This document shows positions 1 to 10,571 of a DNA stretch of 64,000 nt, in pieces (positions within the stretch are counted from its first letter, which is position 1; every line of letters begins with the position of its first letter). Origin of the DNA: an uncultured cyanobacterium (GTDB lineage: Bacteria; Cyanobacteriota; Cyanobacteriia; Cyanobacteriales; Cyanobacteriaceae); contig CAVQBA010000006.1 in the NCBI GenBank assembly GCA_963710605.1, positions 832,001 through 896,000 on the forward strand. Reading direction: 5' to 3'. Below the pieces are notes generated by a model that was not told the DNA's origin, did not search any database, and worked only from the letters and a program-made list of their open reading frames with translations. The translations under genes were made by a program, and so were the position numbers.

Positions 1-446
1 GATATTATCTTGATTTAGATTGGTGGGTATTAAATTGGCAACCTCATCGTCAACTTCAACAATTAGTTAAAGATTTACATACTGTATATCGTTCTCAACC
101 TGCTCTTTATACCAATGACTTTAACGAAAACGGTTTCCAGTGGATTGATTGTAATGATGCAGGTCGTAGTGTGCTAACATTCATCCGTCGAGATCAATAT
201 ACTCACGAAGAAATAAGCGTCGTTTGTAATTTTAAACCACAAGTTTATGAAAACTATTGGTTAGGTATTCATGAAGAAGGAGAATATGAAGAACTAATTA
301 ATACTGATGACCTGAAGTATGGTGGTAGCGGTGTCAGTAATAAAAATCTGTCTAGTAAGCAATGGAATGACGCTCCTTGGCGATATGCTCTAGAAATTAG
401 AGTACCTCCTTTATCAGTTTCCATGTTTAAGAAAAAGAAAAAATAA
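1..446 (+). CDS. glgB: 1,4-alpha-glucan branching enzyme, C-terminal part (gene starts before the window)
   Basis: Frame open from base 3: LDWWVLNWQPHRQLQQLVKDL...PALY...GFQWID...VVCNFKP...INTDDLKYGGSG...VPPLS, typical GH13 GlgB C-terminus. Confidence 0.9.
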   Translation, partial: YYLDLDWWVLNWQPHRQLQQLVKDLHTVYRSQPALYTNDFNENGFQWIDCNDAGRSVLTFIRRDQYTHEEISVVCNFKPQVYENYWLGIHEEGEYEELINTDDLKYGGSGVSNKNLSSKQWNDAPWRYALEIRVPPLSVSMFKKKKK

Positions 447-651
447 CTATATTTATTAATAGCTAATTATTAGTAAATTATTTGGTCAAAGATAAGTTTA
501 AAAGTTACATTTTAGATTTGTCTTTGGCTTTGTTTTTAGAAAAATTAGAATAAATTTGACTTTGAGTATTACTACTTTAATCAAACGCAAAAAAATATCA
601 GATCTAATAATTATCAACTAATTAACAAGAACGATATTAATATAATTAAAC

Positions 652-972
652 ATGAATTTATTATTTGTTTGTAGTAAAAATAAATTAAGAAGCCCAACCG
701 CAGAAGTCGTTTTTTCTGAATATACAGATATTGAGGCGATCGGTGCGGGGACGAACAAAGATGCCCCAACTACCATCAGTGCAGATTTAATTGAGTGGGC
801 AGATCTGATATTGGTAATGGAAAAAAAGCATCGTAGTAAAATCACTGCCAAATTTAAAGATATATTAAAAAATAAAAAAATAGTCGTTTTAAATATTTTA
901 GACAAGTATGATTTTATGGATTCAGATTTGATAGAGATTTTAGAAAAAAGAGTTTTCAAACATCTTAACTAG
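652..972 (+). CDS. Low-molecular-weight protein tyrosine phosphatase family protein
   Basis: LFVCSKNKLRSPTAE (CX5RS P-loop); WADLILVME. Confidence 0.85.
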   Translation: MNLLFVCSKNKLRSPTAEVVFSEYTDIEAIGAGTNKDAPTTISADLIEWADLILVMEKKHRSKITAKFKDILKNKKIVVLNILDKYDFMDSDLIEILEKRVFKHLN

Positions 973-1022
973 TTTCTCAGACAAATAGGATCTAAAAATT
1001 ATCAATTGTTAATTGTTAATTG

Positions 1023-2456
1023 TTACACTAGCCAAAATAAACCAACTAAAGTCAAAATCATTACACCAATTAAGTTATCAATTTTCTCCAAATTACGAGG
1101 TAAATTAATCATCGCTTTTTTCACAAATACTAAATAAATAATTATTCCTACAACCATTTTGGCTAAAGCCTTAGTGATATTAGGAATATTATAAGTACTT
1201 AAATCGATGAAATTACCGAGTATGATAGCAGTTAATAATAATATTATCGCTAACCAAAAACCATTATCTTGAGTCGTTTTTTCGGTAGATGAATGAGGTT
1301 GAAAAATAAATCTCGCAAAACAAATAGCTGTACCGATTGCGGCGATATTCATCACGATCGATTTCCATAAAACTAACCCTTTAAGTGCTAACGTTTTAGT
1401 CACAAAACCAGCAAAAAAAGGTATGCCGATATTAGATAAACTAGCAATAACTAAACATATCCAAAGTGAATTAGCTATTTTTGTCTGTTGTAATTTTTTT
1501 AAATCACGAGTAGGTAATGCACCCGACATTAAAAACAATGATGATTTGACTATACCGTGACTAAAAGCATAAATTCCCGCAGTTGCTGGTGTCGCTAAAA
1601 TAAAACCTAACTGAGAAATAGTGCTTAAAGCAAACATTCTTTTAATATCTTTTTCAAAAATAGCGTAGGTGACACCGAATATAGCAGTAGTTGCCGCTAA
1701 GATGGTAATAACCATATCTAATTGATCTATTAATAAAGATAAGCGAATTAAGGGATAAATACCTGTTTTAATCACGATACCAGAAAGCATAGCAGAAACA
1801 GGAGTATCTACAGAAGAATGAGTTAAGGGTAACCATAAACCAGAGACGAAGATTCCCCCTTTAACTAACAATGCTACTACAATAAGTGCGATCGCTTCTG
1901 GTGGAGATTCTTGCAATCCTTCAAATTCAAAAGAATGATGCGCTTGATATTCTAAAATAGTACCCACTAAGTAAAATAACATCGCCGTGTTACTAATTAA
2001 CAGGTAACGCAAGCCAATCCAAATTGAAAAATTGCTCCGAGGATAAACAATTAAAAGAAAAGAAGCGATACTAATTACTTCTAATGCAACATAAAAACTA
2101 ATTAAATCGTTACCAATAAAACAAGCACTAACACTACCATAAAGTACCATCAGAATCGTGTAAAAAAAAGCCTTCTTTTGTTTTTGCCAACAGTATAAAG
2201 TAACTGCGGTGGTAACAAAGCAATTTGTCAGGATTAAATATCCGCTAAGACTATCAATTAGTAGATTAACTCCAAAACTATCTCTAAAAGTAATGCTTAC
2301 TTTAGTATCAGTTAAAAGTAACCAACAAGGATAAATTGTAGTTAAAGATAAAGTTATAATTGCTAGATAACGATCGATTTTTGGGAACAAGTAAATAGTA
2401 AAACCACTCACAAAAGGTAAGGTTACCCAAATTAAAGTCCAAGTATTTATAGTCAT
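1023..2456 (-). CDS. mrpD: Mrp/Mnh cation:proton antiporter subunit D-like (NADH-quinone/MrpD family)
   Basis: Multi-TM protein with DLISFYVALEVISI, K-G...WLPLTHS, TPVSAMLSG, ALSTISQLGFI, FSHGIVKSSLF motifs. Confidence 0.8.
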   Translation of the reverse strand: MTINTWTLIWVTLPFVSGFTIYLFPKIDRYLAIITLSLTTIYPCWLLLTDTKVSITFRDSFGVNLLIDSLSGYLILTNCFVTTAVTLYCWQKQKKAFFYTILMVLYGSVSACFIGNDLISFYVALEVISIASFLLIVYPRSNFSIWIGLRYLLISNTAMLFYLVGTILEYQAHHSFEFEGLQESPPEAIALIVVALLVKGGIFVSGLWLPLTHSSVDTPVSAMLSGIVIKTGIYPLIRLSLLIDQLDMVITILAATTAIFGVTYAIFEKDIKRMFALSTISQLGFILATPATAGIYAFSHGIVKSSLFLMSGALPTRDLKKLQQTKIANSLWICLVIASLSNIGIPFFAGFVTKTLALKGLVLWKSIVMNIAAIGTAICFARFIFQPHSSTEKTTQDNGFWLAIILLLTAIILGNFIDLSTYNIPNITKALAKMVVGIIIYLVFVKKAMINLPRNLEKIDNLIGVMILTLVGLFWLV

Positions 2457-2902
2457 CGTGATTTAAGTAATAAAATGGTAACTAAGAAATAATTAATAAT
2501 GTTAAGACGAAGAAAATAAGTTTGCTCAAACTAATTACTAATTGTTAATTAATAATTGCTTTGATAAATTAAACACATCAAAACGACCTCAGATGGTAGG
2601 TGAGCAATAAAACTATCTTCAATCTTTTTCATATTTATAAAAATCTATTAAATATAATTAGGTTATAGATCATAATCTATATTAACCGATTAAGGATCAT
2701 TGAAAGAAGGATAAATATCTATCTAAGTTAATAACATTTAATCGAAAAGATTAAAAAAAATTATCGCTAAAAGATTAATTGCAATCGTGTGTTTTTTTTG
2801 AGTAGTGATCAAAAAAAAAGAAACTCAATCAACTTGATTGGGTATAGGTAGGTAAAATATAAATAAATATTTTCATAAATAAAATAGAAAGGAGAATAAA
2901 AC

Positions 2903-3625
2903 TTGTTAACTCTAGGAGTAAATATTGACCATGTAGCGACCATTCGTCAAGCAAGACGTACAGTAGAACCTGACCCCGTAGCCGCGGCGGTATTAGCCGA
3001 ATTAGGTGGTGCTGATGGTATTACTACTCATCTAAGAGAAGATAGACGGCATATAATCGATCGAGATGTACGCATTTTAAGAGAAACTGTACGTACTCAT
3101 CTCAATTTAGAAATGGCACCGACAAAAGAAATGGTTGAAATAGCACTAGAAATAAAACCAGACTATGTCACTTTAGTACCCGAAAAAAGAGAAGAAGTTA
3201 CTACAGAAGGCGGGATTGATATTCTTAAAAACTTAGATCATTTTACCTCGATAGTCGATCGATTACAATCTGCTGATATTCCCGTAAGTTGGTTTATTGA
3301 TGCCGATACAGCACAAATTGAAGCCGCCGCTAAAACCCAAGCTCAATTTATTGAATTACATACAGGTAAATACGCTGATGCCCAAAACGAAACTATTCGT
3401 CAACAAGAATTAATCGCCCTTGAAAAAGGAACAATTGAAGCAATAGACTTAAAACTAAGAGTTAATGCAGGGCATGGTTTAACCTATTGGAATGTTTATC
3501 CCGTTGCTTGTATTGAAGGAATGGAAGAATTAAATATCGGACACAGTATCATTAGTCGGGCTGTTTTAGTCGGTTTAGAAAGAGCAGTTAAAGAAATGAA
3601 AAGTGCGATGAATAACCAAGTTTAG
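2903..3625 (+). CDS. pdxJ: Pyridoxine 5'-phosphate synthase
   Basis: [47 protein letters not shown] start after AGGAG RBS. Confidence 0.97.
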   Translation: MLTLGVNIDHVATIRQARRTVEPDPVAAAVLAELGGADGITTHLREDRRHIIDRDVRILRETVRTHLNLEMAPTKEMVEIALEIKPDYVTLVPEKREEVTTEGGIDILKNLDHFTSIVDRLQSADIPVSWFIDADTAQIEAAAKTQAQFIELHTGKYADAQNETIRQQELIALEKGTIEAIDLKLRVNAGHGLTYWNVYPVACIEGMEELNIGHSIISRAVLVGLERAVKEMKSAMNNQV

Positions 3626-3716
3626 CTCACAATTGACAATTAACAATCAACAATTTATGCTGAGCTTGTCGAAGTATTAACAATTGAATTAGTAAAAAAT
3701 AACCAAAAATTAAATT

Positions 3717-4052
3717 ATGACTACCTATTATTATTTACTTGCCAGTGAAAATTTTTTGACTAGCGACAAGGAAAACTTACACGAAATACTAGAAGAAAGA
3801 GTTAGATTTTATCAAGAAAAAAATAGAGAAATTGATTTTTGGTTTATCAAACAACCTGCGTTTTTAGAAGCACCTGAATTAAAGGAAATTAAAGCACAAT
3901 GCCCACAACCAGCCGCAGCGGTTATCTCTTTAAATTCTCAATGGATTACCTTTTTAAAATTACGTTTAGAATATGTAATCACAGGTCAGTTTGAAGCACC
4001 TTCTGAAACGATTTCTGAGCCTTTAGCATCTTTAGCTACCACCAACAACTAA
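3717..4052 (+). CDS. ycf54: Ycf54, Mg-protoporphyrin monomethyl ester cyclase accessory protein
   Basis: YYYLLASENFL, E-L-ER, IDFW..QPAFLEAPEL, ITFLKLRLEYV. Confidence 0.92.
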   Translation: MTTYYYLLASENFLTSDKENLHEILEERVRFYQEKNREIDFWFIKQPAFLEAPELKEIKAQCPQPAAAVISLNSQWITFLKLRLEYVITGQFEAPSETISEPLASLATTNN

Positions 4053-4230
4053 GGTAGGAATTGGGAATAGGGAATAGAATAGGGAATAGGGAATAGGTAA
4101 TAGGGAATAGGTAATGGGTAAAAAAATAACTTTTAACTCTTAACTCTTAATAATTCTCACCGAATTCTCACCGAATAATTGCTCTAAGAGCAAGAATTCA
4201 TCTCCATTCTCCATTCTCCATTCTCAATTT
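4052..4230. repeat. Short tandem 6-7-mer repeats (GGGAATA-like, TTCTCCA-like) between convergent genes
   Basis: gggaatag/ggtaatag run at ~4062-4118 and ttctcca x3-4 at ~4201-4226; STRR-like cyanobacterial repeats. Confidence 0.7.
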
Positions 4231-4773
4231 TCAATTCCCGACAGGCGTGCCATCTAATTGGTCTAATTCAGCACTATTACCCAAATCCATCACTTCAATA
4301 TCCCATTGACCACGACGAGAGGTTTCAAAGACGACATAACGACCATCTGGACTAATTTTAGGGTTTCTTAACCAACTACGATAACCTTGAGTTAGTAACT
4401 GAGTTTGCTTGATAGCTCGATCGTATAAAAATATGTCAGGACGACCTTGAATACTAGAAACATAGACAATATATCTGCCTGTACGACTCAAACTAGGGCT
4501 ATCTGTAATCGCATTAGACGAATTCAAACCAGGTAAATCAACAAACGACTTTTCTTGCAAATCATATAACAAAATCTGCCTACGCCCATAACGATTAGAA
4601 ACCATCGCTAACCAACGCCCATCACCACTTAAAGAAGGTTGTTCGTCATTATAACGACTGTTTAGCCCCGTGGAAACAGAGATTGTACCCGAAGGGCTAC
4701 AACTAGAAATTAATAGGCTAAAACCTAAGAGAAAGAAAGACAAAAATAACTTTCTCATCATACTATTAATCAA
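4231..4773 (-). CDS. TolB-like (PD40/WD40 repeat) lipoprotein
   Basis: Lipobox-like ISSC; repeats PSLSGDGRW, PSLSRTGRYIVY, PKISPDGRYVVF. Confidence 0.85.
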   Translation of the reverse strand: MINSMMRKLFLSFFLLGFSLLISSCSPSGTISVSTGLNSRYNDEQPSLSGDGRWLAMVSNRYGRRQILLYDLQEKSFVDLPGLNSSNAITDSPSLSRTGRYIVYVSSIQGRPDIFLYDRAIKQTQLLTQGYRSWLRNPKISPDGRYVVFETSRRGQWDIEVMDLGNSAELDQLDGTPVGN

Positions 4774-4908
4774 TCACCATAAAAAATAATCAAAAATAAT
4801 CAAAAATAATCAAACTAACTAAGAGCCAAAAAAGTCGAGTTCAGCCAAAGTACTGTCAATTATTTACCTTAGCATCAGTTAGTAATTATAATCATTGTTA
4901 TCGTCTGG

Positions 4909-5766
4909 TCAATCGTTACTTGGTGGTGTTGGATCATCAGTTTGAGCAGAAAAAGGTTGATAATCAACATACTCTGTACCTACATTAGAAACGATATCAT
5001 CTGCTGATTTAGGGCGACGTTTAGATGAAGATGGTCTTCTATTTGGTGATTCTGGACGACGAGGTTTTCTGTCGTAATCACGGTTATTTCGGCTATCTAC
5101 ACCACCGCCATCTTCCCAATCATTAGAATTATCTTCCCAAGCTACATCAACATTAGTTGGGCGACGACGAGGATTGGTGCTAGGAGGGCGAGTAGGACGG
5201 GTTGAGCGAGGGCGTTGTTGTTGTTGTTGATCTTGAGGATATTCTTCTTCATAGACACTACTGGCACTAGGACGACGACGAATATTTTCATCTTCATAGC
5301 CACCACGACGAGTATTACTACTTCTGACTGCTGTACCTTGCAAACGACGACGAGGAACAGCTTGTGGATCGTAGTCATAGTCATAATCGTAGTCATCTTC
5401 ATAACCAACTTCTGGTTGATCTTCTAATTCAGCACGATAAACACGACTTACAGGACGTTTTTCATCAACATAATTGGAATTTCTACCTCTAGCTTGCTGA
5501 GTTGCTAATCCTCGTAAACGAATACTTTCGACAGCAAAGAAAATCGCACTCCCTGCTAATAAAAGTTGACTAAATTGTAAAATAGGATCTAAACGCCAAC
5601 CATGCCACAGCAAGATACCACCACACAACAAACCCACCGCCGCAAAGAAAATATCATGATCTTTAGAGACTTCTGGGCGTAAAGAGCGTAATAAGTATAA
5701 ACCTGCTCCTGCTAAGGCGAGAACAATACCTAAGATACTAGCTGAGTTAAAACCAAAATTAACCAT
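4909..5766 (-). CDS. ycf66: Ycf66 family protein
   Basis: N-terminal RPEVSKDHDIFFAAVGLLCGGIL..GWRLDPILQF followed by R/P/D-rich low-complexity tail. Confidence 0.92.
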   Translation of the reverse strand: MVNFGFNSASILGIVLALAGAGLYLLRSLRPEVSKDHDIFFAAVGLLCGGILLWHGWRLDPILQFSQLLLAGSAIFFAVESIRLRGLATQQARGRNSNYVDEKRPVSRVYRAELEDQPEVGYEDDYDYDYDYDPQAVPRRRLQGTAVRSSNTRRGGYEDENIRRRPSASSVYEEEYPQDQQQQQRPRSTRPTRPPSTNPRRRPTNVDVAWEDNSNDWEDGGGVDSRNNRDYDRKPRRPESPNRRPSSSKRRPKSADDIVSNVGTEYVDYQPFSAQTDDPTPPSND

Positions 5767-6043
5767 TACAAATAATACCTAAATTTTTTTATTTTTCTAT
5801 CTTAACGAGATTTTACACTAGCTACTTATTTAATCGTTGACAAAAGGCAAAAATAACTATGTACAGCGAATAGAGCAAGGATGATTAATAATTTTTTGGG
5901 TCAATTGTCATACTTAACGTGTTGTAAGCATGACAATTAATTTTATTGTAAGTTACTATATCGGGCGTTTTATCGATCGCCTATTGTTTTAAAGATACCC
6001 AAATTATAGAAGGGACAAAATAAATAACTATATGGAGTGATAC

Positions 6044-6160
6044 TTAACGATTAATTTTATCGGCTTGGCTAACCGCAATTAAACCAATAGTGACTGGGAT
6101 TACTACGATTACAGTACCCCAAAGCAAACTCCAAAGAAAATTAGCCAAAGAAGCTGTCAT
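6044..6160 (-). CDS. psbX: Photosystem II protein PsbX (38 aa, absent from the ORF track)
   Basis: Hand translation MTASLANFLWSLLWGTVIVVIPVTIGLIAVSQADKINR; lies between ycf66 and YggT as is usual in cyanobacteria. Confidence 0.93.
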   Translation of the reverse strand: MTASLANFLWSLLWGTVIVVIPVTIGLIAVSQADKINR

Positions 6161-6250
6161 GATGTTTTTATACCTTTTATACTAAAATTTATCACTATCA
6201 TTTTACATTACAATAGAGATGAATTTGTGTTGAAGTTAAAGAAGTGATTT

Positions 6251-6556
6251 ATGAGTTTGACAATTGTTTTGAGTGTAATGCTCGGTCTTTTACTATTTTC
6301 GATGACAATTTTGTTTATTTTTCGGATTGTTTTAACTTGGTATCCGCAAGTTGAGATGGGTAAATTTCCTTTCGTTTTAATTTATTTACCGACTGAGCCT
6401 TTTTTGGTACAGACACGTAAGCTTATTCCTCCTTTAGCTGGGGTTGATATTACACCGATTGTTTGGGTTGGTATTTTTAGTTTATTAAGAGAAGTTTTGT
6501 TAGGGCAACAAGGAATTATTACAATGGCGATTAGACATAGTAACTCTGTCGGATAA
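6251..6556 (+). CDS. YggT family membrane protein
   Basis: RIVLTWYP...PTEPFL..TRKLIPPLAGVDITPI. Confidence 0.9.
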   Translation: MSLTIVLSVMLGLLLFSMTILFIFRIVLTWYPQVEMGKFPFVLIYLPTEPFLVQTRKLIPPLAGVDITPIVWVGIFSLLREVLLGQQGIITMAIRHSNSVG

Positions 6557-6634
6557 ATTAAGTAACAAGTAACAATTAACAATTATTTATCTGTTATCTG
6601 TGGGAATATTAGTTTAAGGTAAAATTTTTAATAA

Positions 6635-6991
6635 ATGGATACGATCGAAGTTAGAGGTATTCGTGGTTACGGTTATACCGGATTTTTAGCAGAAGAAAGA
6701 GTTTTAGGGCAATGGTTTGAAGTCGATTTAACTCTTTGGGTAGATTTAAAAACTTCAGGTTTGAGTGATGATTTAAAAGATACTTTAGATTATCGGCAGG
6801 CAATAATGATCGTCAAAGACGTGATTACAACTGCTCAATTTGCCTTAGTCGAAAAGTTAGCCGAGGTAATTGCTCAAAAATTGTTAACGTTTGATACGAT
6901 CGCACAAGTTAAGGTTAGATTATCTAAACCTGCACCACCGATTCCTGATTTTAGTGGTTCAATTGTGATTGATATTACAAGAAGCAAATAA
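6635..6991 (+). CDS. folB: Dihydroneopterin aldolase
   Basis: GYTG...EERVLGQWFEVDL, DLKDTLDY, LVEKLAE, KPAPPI. Confidence 0.93.
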   Translation: MDTIEVRGIRGYGYTGFLAEERVLGQWFEVDLTLWVDLKTSGLSDDLKDTLDYRQAIMIVKDVITTAQFALVEKLAEVIAQKLLTFDTIAQVKVRLSKPAPPIPDFSGSIVIDITRSK

Positions 6992-7236
6992 ATGTTGCAA
7001 TAATTTAAATAGTTGTCAAATTCTGATTAAATTTGGGTAAGCTAAAATGTAGTCAAGCAAACGCAAAATATGTATCACGATCGATAAAGTAAAAACTTAG
7101 TCATTTATTTTCAATGTGAAATAAGTCTATTTAGTTTATCCGTTGTGGACAAAAAAATTTTGAGCAAATACCAGCGGTTAATTTAATTTACTGCTATTTT
7201 CAAACTTATTTACTTTATGATAGGGAGGTTCACAAT

Positions 7237-7449
7237 ATGATTTATAAATTTATCGGGATTAGCTATGTTATTTGGGCATATTTAAATCAACCGGTAACAA
7301 CTTCTAAAAAAAGAGATTCTGTTTGGAAATTTAAGCGTTTTTTGTACTTATATCAGATTAGATTACTCGAAAACTGTTGGCGACAAGATACTTTGAAAGT
7401 ATCTAAATATAGAAATTTAGGACAAGACGAATATACAGCAGAAAATTAA
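7237..7449 (+). CDS. Small hypothetical protein
   Basis: 70 aa ORF with GGAGGT RBS; WAYLNQP...LLENCW pattern resembles small cyanobacterial hypotheticals. Confidence 0.6.
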   Translation: MIYKFIGISYVIWAYLNQPVTTSKKRDSVWKFKRFLYLYQIRLLENCWRQDTLKVSKYRNLGQDEYTAEN

Positions 7450-7773
7450 TAATTAAATACCAATTATCGATTTTTAATCATCATAATAATTTTAAAAATA
7501 ACTATCTTAATCTTTATTAAAGTTGAATATAATTGTCTTAAATACTAATAATATAACTTAACTCTTGATCAAAGTTTTATCATTTATTTAGTTTATTTTT
7601 GGGTTTATAAAATATGTTTTTTTAAGTCGTAAATTAATATAATTATCTAATTTAAACGTAAGTCTTTTTCTCCGTCGATGTCAATACTCATACTGACAAC
7701 TAGTTAGTTGGTTTAGTGACATACTCCCACACCAAATTCAAAATTATGGTGTGGGCTTCCAACCCCATAAGGG

Positions 7774-9027
7774 TTATTGGCGTTTTATAGTCAGGGAGAT
7801 GCCCAGCCCGACTTTTTTAATTAATAAAGCACTATTATAATCACGATCTATAGACTCTCCACAATAAGAACAATCATGCCATCTGTCTGACAAAGTTTTA
7901 GGTACTTTATTTAGACAATTATGACAATGTTGACTCGTCCCTTTTGGATTCACCTTAATTATTTTACAGCCTACCTTTTTCGCTTGCTGATTGAGAATAT
8001 CTACAAATTGTCCGATTGCACAGTCCGAAAAACTTTTATTTAATCCAGATTTTGCACTTTGACCATTTGGCACATACCGATTATTTATTTTTTTAGGCTT
8101 GTTTTTACGTTTGAGATTAGCAATATTTAAGTCTTCAGCAAATATTACATCTGCAATTGAGCATAATTGTTTTGCTATTTCATAATGGCACTGCTTACGT
8201 TGTCTGGCTATCTTCTGATGTAGCTTTGATATTTTCTTTTGGATGAGTCTTTTAATCTTCTTTCCAATTGATTTATCTGCTTTTCGTTTTTGAAGATTCG
8301 CCAGCTTTGCCTCTAACTTGCGATAGTGTTTTTGTGGTAAAACTTGATTACCATTTGAATCCACGTAAAGTTTTTCTAACCCCAAATCAATACCCACCGA
8401 ATTACTCTGATTGGGAATAATTTCTGGCTCAAATTCTGGTACTGTTTTGTCTTCCACACTGAAAGTAATATAGTAACCATCAGCTTTTTTGGTAATAGAA
8501 GCAGTCTTTAATTTGAAACCTTCGGCGATGGATTTATGACAGATAAATTTTACTTCCCCAAATTTAGGCAAACTTACTTTGCTCCCTTGGATGCAATCAG
8601 GCTTTAATTGAGGAAATGTTATTGTCCTATATTGTCTTTTATTTTTAAACCTTGGTTTCCCCGCTCTTTTGCCTTTACAATCGCCTTTAACAAATCGATC
8701 GAAAGCTAATTTTACTCGTTTGATAACATCCTGTAATACTTGCGATTGTAATTCTTGATACCAAGGTCTATCTTTTTTTAGTTGGGGTAAAGTACGTTTT
8801 TGACTATAGTAATCAGGGTTATCTCTTAATTCTATCGGAGGTAGGCTACAAGATATTTGACAAAAATCACCTAGAGGTAAAACAATACCATTACGATTGT
8901 ATTGCCACCAAGCAAATCGATCGGCTAACAAGTAATTATACTGACATCTAGCCATGTTTAACCACCTACTAATAGTTTCTTTTTGCTTAGTGTCCAGAAG
9001 CAATTTGTATTGGTATGCTTTTCTCAT
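7774..9027 (-). CDS. tnpB: RNA-guided endonuclease TnpB
   Basis: KAYQYKL N-terminus, RuvC motifs GIDLGL, AEDL, DRDYNSA; zinc finger CHNC...CSYC. Confidence 0.95.
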   Translation of the reverse strand: MRKAYQYKLLLDTKQKETISRWLNMARCQYNYLLADRFAWWQYNRNGIVLPLGDFCQISCSLPPIELRDNPDYYSQKRTLPQLKKDRPWYQELQSQVLQDVIKRVKLAFDRFVKGDCKGKRAGKPRFKNKRQYRTITFPQLKPDCIQGSKVSLPKFGEVKFICHKSIAEGFKLKTASITKKADGYYITFSVEDKTVPEFEPEIIPNQSNSVGIDLGLEKLYVDSNGNQVLPQKHYRKLEAKLANLQKRKADKSIGKKIKRLIQKKISKLHQKIARQRKQCHYEIAKQLCSIADVIFAEDLNIANLKRKNKPKKINNRYVPNGQSAKSGLNKSFSDCAIGQFVDILNQQAKKVGCKIIKVNPKGTSQHCHNCLNKVPKTLSDRWHDCSYCGESIDRDYNSALLIKKVGLGISLTIKRQ

Positions 9028-9076
9028 ACTGACTTTATCTATTACACTATAATTAGTGTATCTTTAAAATAAAATA

Positions 9077-9499
9077 GTGTCAAGCAAATATAACGATTTA
9101 ATATCAAGTGGCAGAAGTGTCTCTAGTTTAAAGGCACATTTAGTGTTAACTAGTAAATATCGAAAAAAAATTTTCAACAAAGCAATGCTTATCAGGTTAG
9201 ATAAGATAATACAAGACCTTTTGAGCAAATGGGGGTGTAAATATATCGAGATGAATGGAGAAGAAGATCATGTACATTTGTTGTTTCAATATACTCCTGA
9301 TGTACAGTTGAGCAAGCTAGTGAATAACATGAAAACGGTAACTAGTCGATATTTGAGGAAAGAATTTGAACCTAGATTAAGCAAATTTTACTGTAAGGCA
9401 ACTTTGTGGAATGGTAGTTATTATTTATCATCTTGTGGTGGTGTTACTATTGAGACTTTAAAAAAGTATGTAGATAGTCAAAATAGACCAAGCACCTAG
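9077..9499 (+). CDS. tnpA: IS200/IS605 Y1 (HUH) transposase TnpA
   Basis: HLVLTSKYR, EDHVHLL (HUH), LWNGSYY, KKYVDSQ (catalytic Tyr). Confidence 0.95.
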   Translation: MSSKYNDLISSGRSVSSLKAHLVLTSKYRKKIFNKAMLIRLDKIIQDLLSKWGCKYIEMNGEEDHVHLLFQYTPDVQLSKLVNNMKTVTSRYLRKEFEPRLSKFYCKATLWNGSYYLSSCGGVTIETLKKYVDSQNRPST

Positions 9500-9626
9500 A
9501 CTGCGATTCATCTCACGCTAATTTAACTAGGTTTTTTTTGAAAATTTAGCGTGAGGCTTCTCGCAGAAGAAAGCTAAAATCATTTCTAAAGGTTAATTTT
9601 TTAACTGATGATTCAGAGTATCTAAA

Positions 9627-10211
9627 TCAACCAAAAGAATAGTTATTTTCGCTTAATTGTTCGTTTTCAGTCTTAACAAAGTCGTAGTAATCATCTAAAA
9701 GTTGAGACATTAAACGATTTTTAATCCGCATCAATACTCCTTTAAGCAAACTGTTACCTGTAGTTTGTAACAATGCTTGAGGAGTTAGCCATAGCGGTGG
9801 TGGTAAGTCAATTTTGACAGTTAAATCAGCTTTTCCTTGTAAATAAATTTTATTGTCTGCGGTTTGTACAGGGGTTAGTTTACCTTTAAGAGTAAGGTTA
9901 AAACGACGATTAATATATTCTAATCCCTTAATTTCACACGAGACAGAATCAACATACACATTTCCTGAAGCACCAGACCAAACTTTAAGAGTTGCGATCG
10001 GTTGAAAATTATAAGTATCAAGAAAACTAAGGGGACGCATTTCTAAGCGATAACAATCATCCCCTAAATCGGTCATTAATTTTTTGTCGGCGATCGCTTT
10101 TACTAATCTAGAAGGTTGTCGTAGATAGTGTTGTATCGGAATAACCTGCGGTTGTACTTCTAAATTAACGCTTTCTTCAGCCTGAAAACAAACTTGTGTA
10201 TTATTCCACAA
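9627..10211 (-). CDS. DUF1997 domain protein
   Basis: IQHYLRQPSRLV, YRLEMRPL, LQGKADL, LPPPLWLTP...TGNSLL..VL..IK.RL. Confidence 0.85.
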   Translation of the reverse strand: MWNNTQVCFQAEESVNLEVQPQVIPIQHYLRQPSRLVKAIADKKLMTDLGDDCYRLEMRPLSFLDTYNFQPIATLKVWSGASGNVYVDSVSCEIKGLEYINRRFNLTLKGKLTPVQTADNKIYLQGKADLTVKIDLPPPLWLTPQALLQTTGNSLLKGVLMRIKNRLMSQLLDDYYDFVKTENEQLSENNYSFG

Positions 10212-10571
10212 AATCTTAAATTCCTTTGATGGTTTTGGATAATGTAACGAAACTTAATAATTATCAAGAAATATGATCAAAAAGATCAATAACTTAATAA
10301 AGATCGATATTTTTTATTATACACAGCAAAGGTCGGAGTTAATAGTTGATAATCAACTTCAATACATTTATCAATAACGAGTGCTGTAACCGATTGTTAA
10401 AGATATTTGAGTTAAATTAAATCAGTTGTGCTTAATAGCTTATTTTTGTTGAGTTTTGCTTTTTTCAATGTATCGTTTATAAAGCAAGTTTTTTCAAGGC
10501 ACAATCCCACCCGACAAATCTGATAAACTACCGAGATTGTAGGATGGGTTAAAAGAGGTTTAAATGTACAT

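Larger units (their letters stand above)
7716..9580 (-). mobile_element. IS200/IS605-family element (IS605-type, divergent tnpA/tnpB)
   Basis: Right-end hairpin CCCACACCA..TGGTGTGGG (7726-7755) followed on minus strand by AGTATGTCAC; left-end hairpin CTCACGCTAA..TTAGCGTGAG (~9512-9555). Left boundary approximate. Confidence 0.88.

Noticed and set aside
618-959. Antisense or out-of-frame ORFs overlapping real genes (here and within ycf66, Rhs, lcp, the permease, trpB, dnaJ, mutL)
   Set aside because: Fully overlapped by well-supported genes and lacking motifs.
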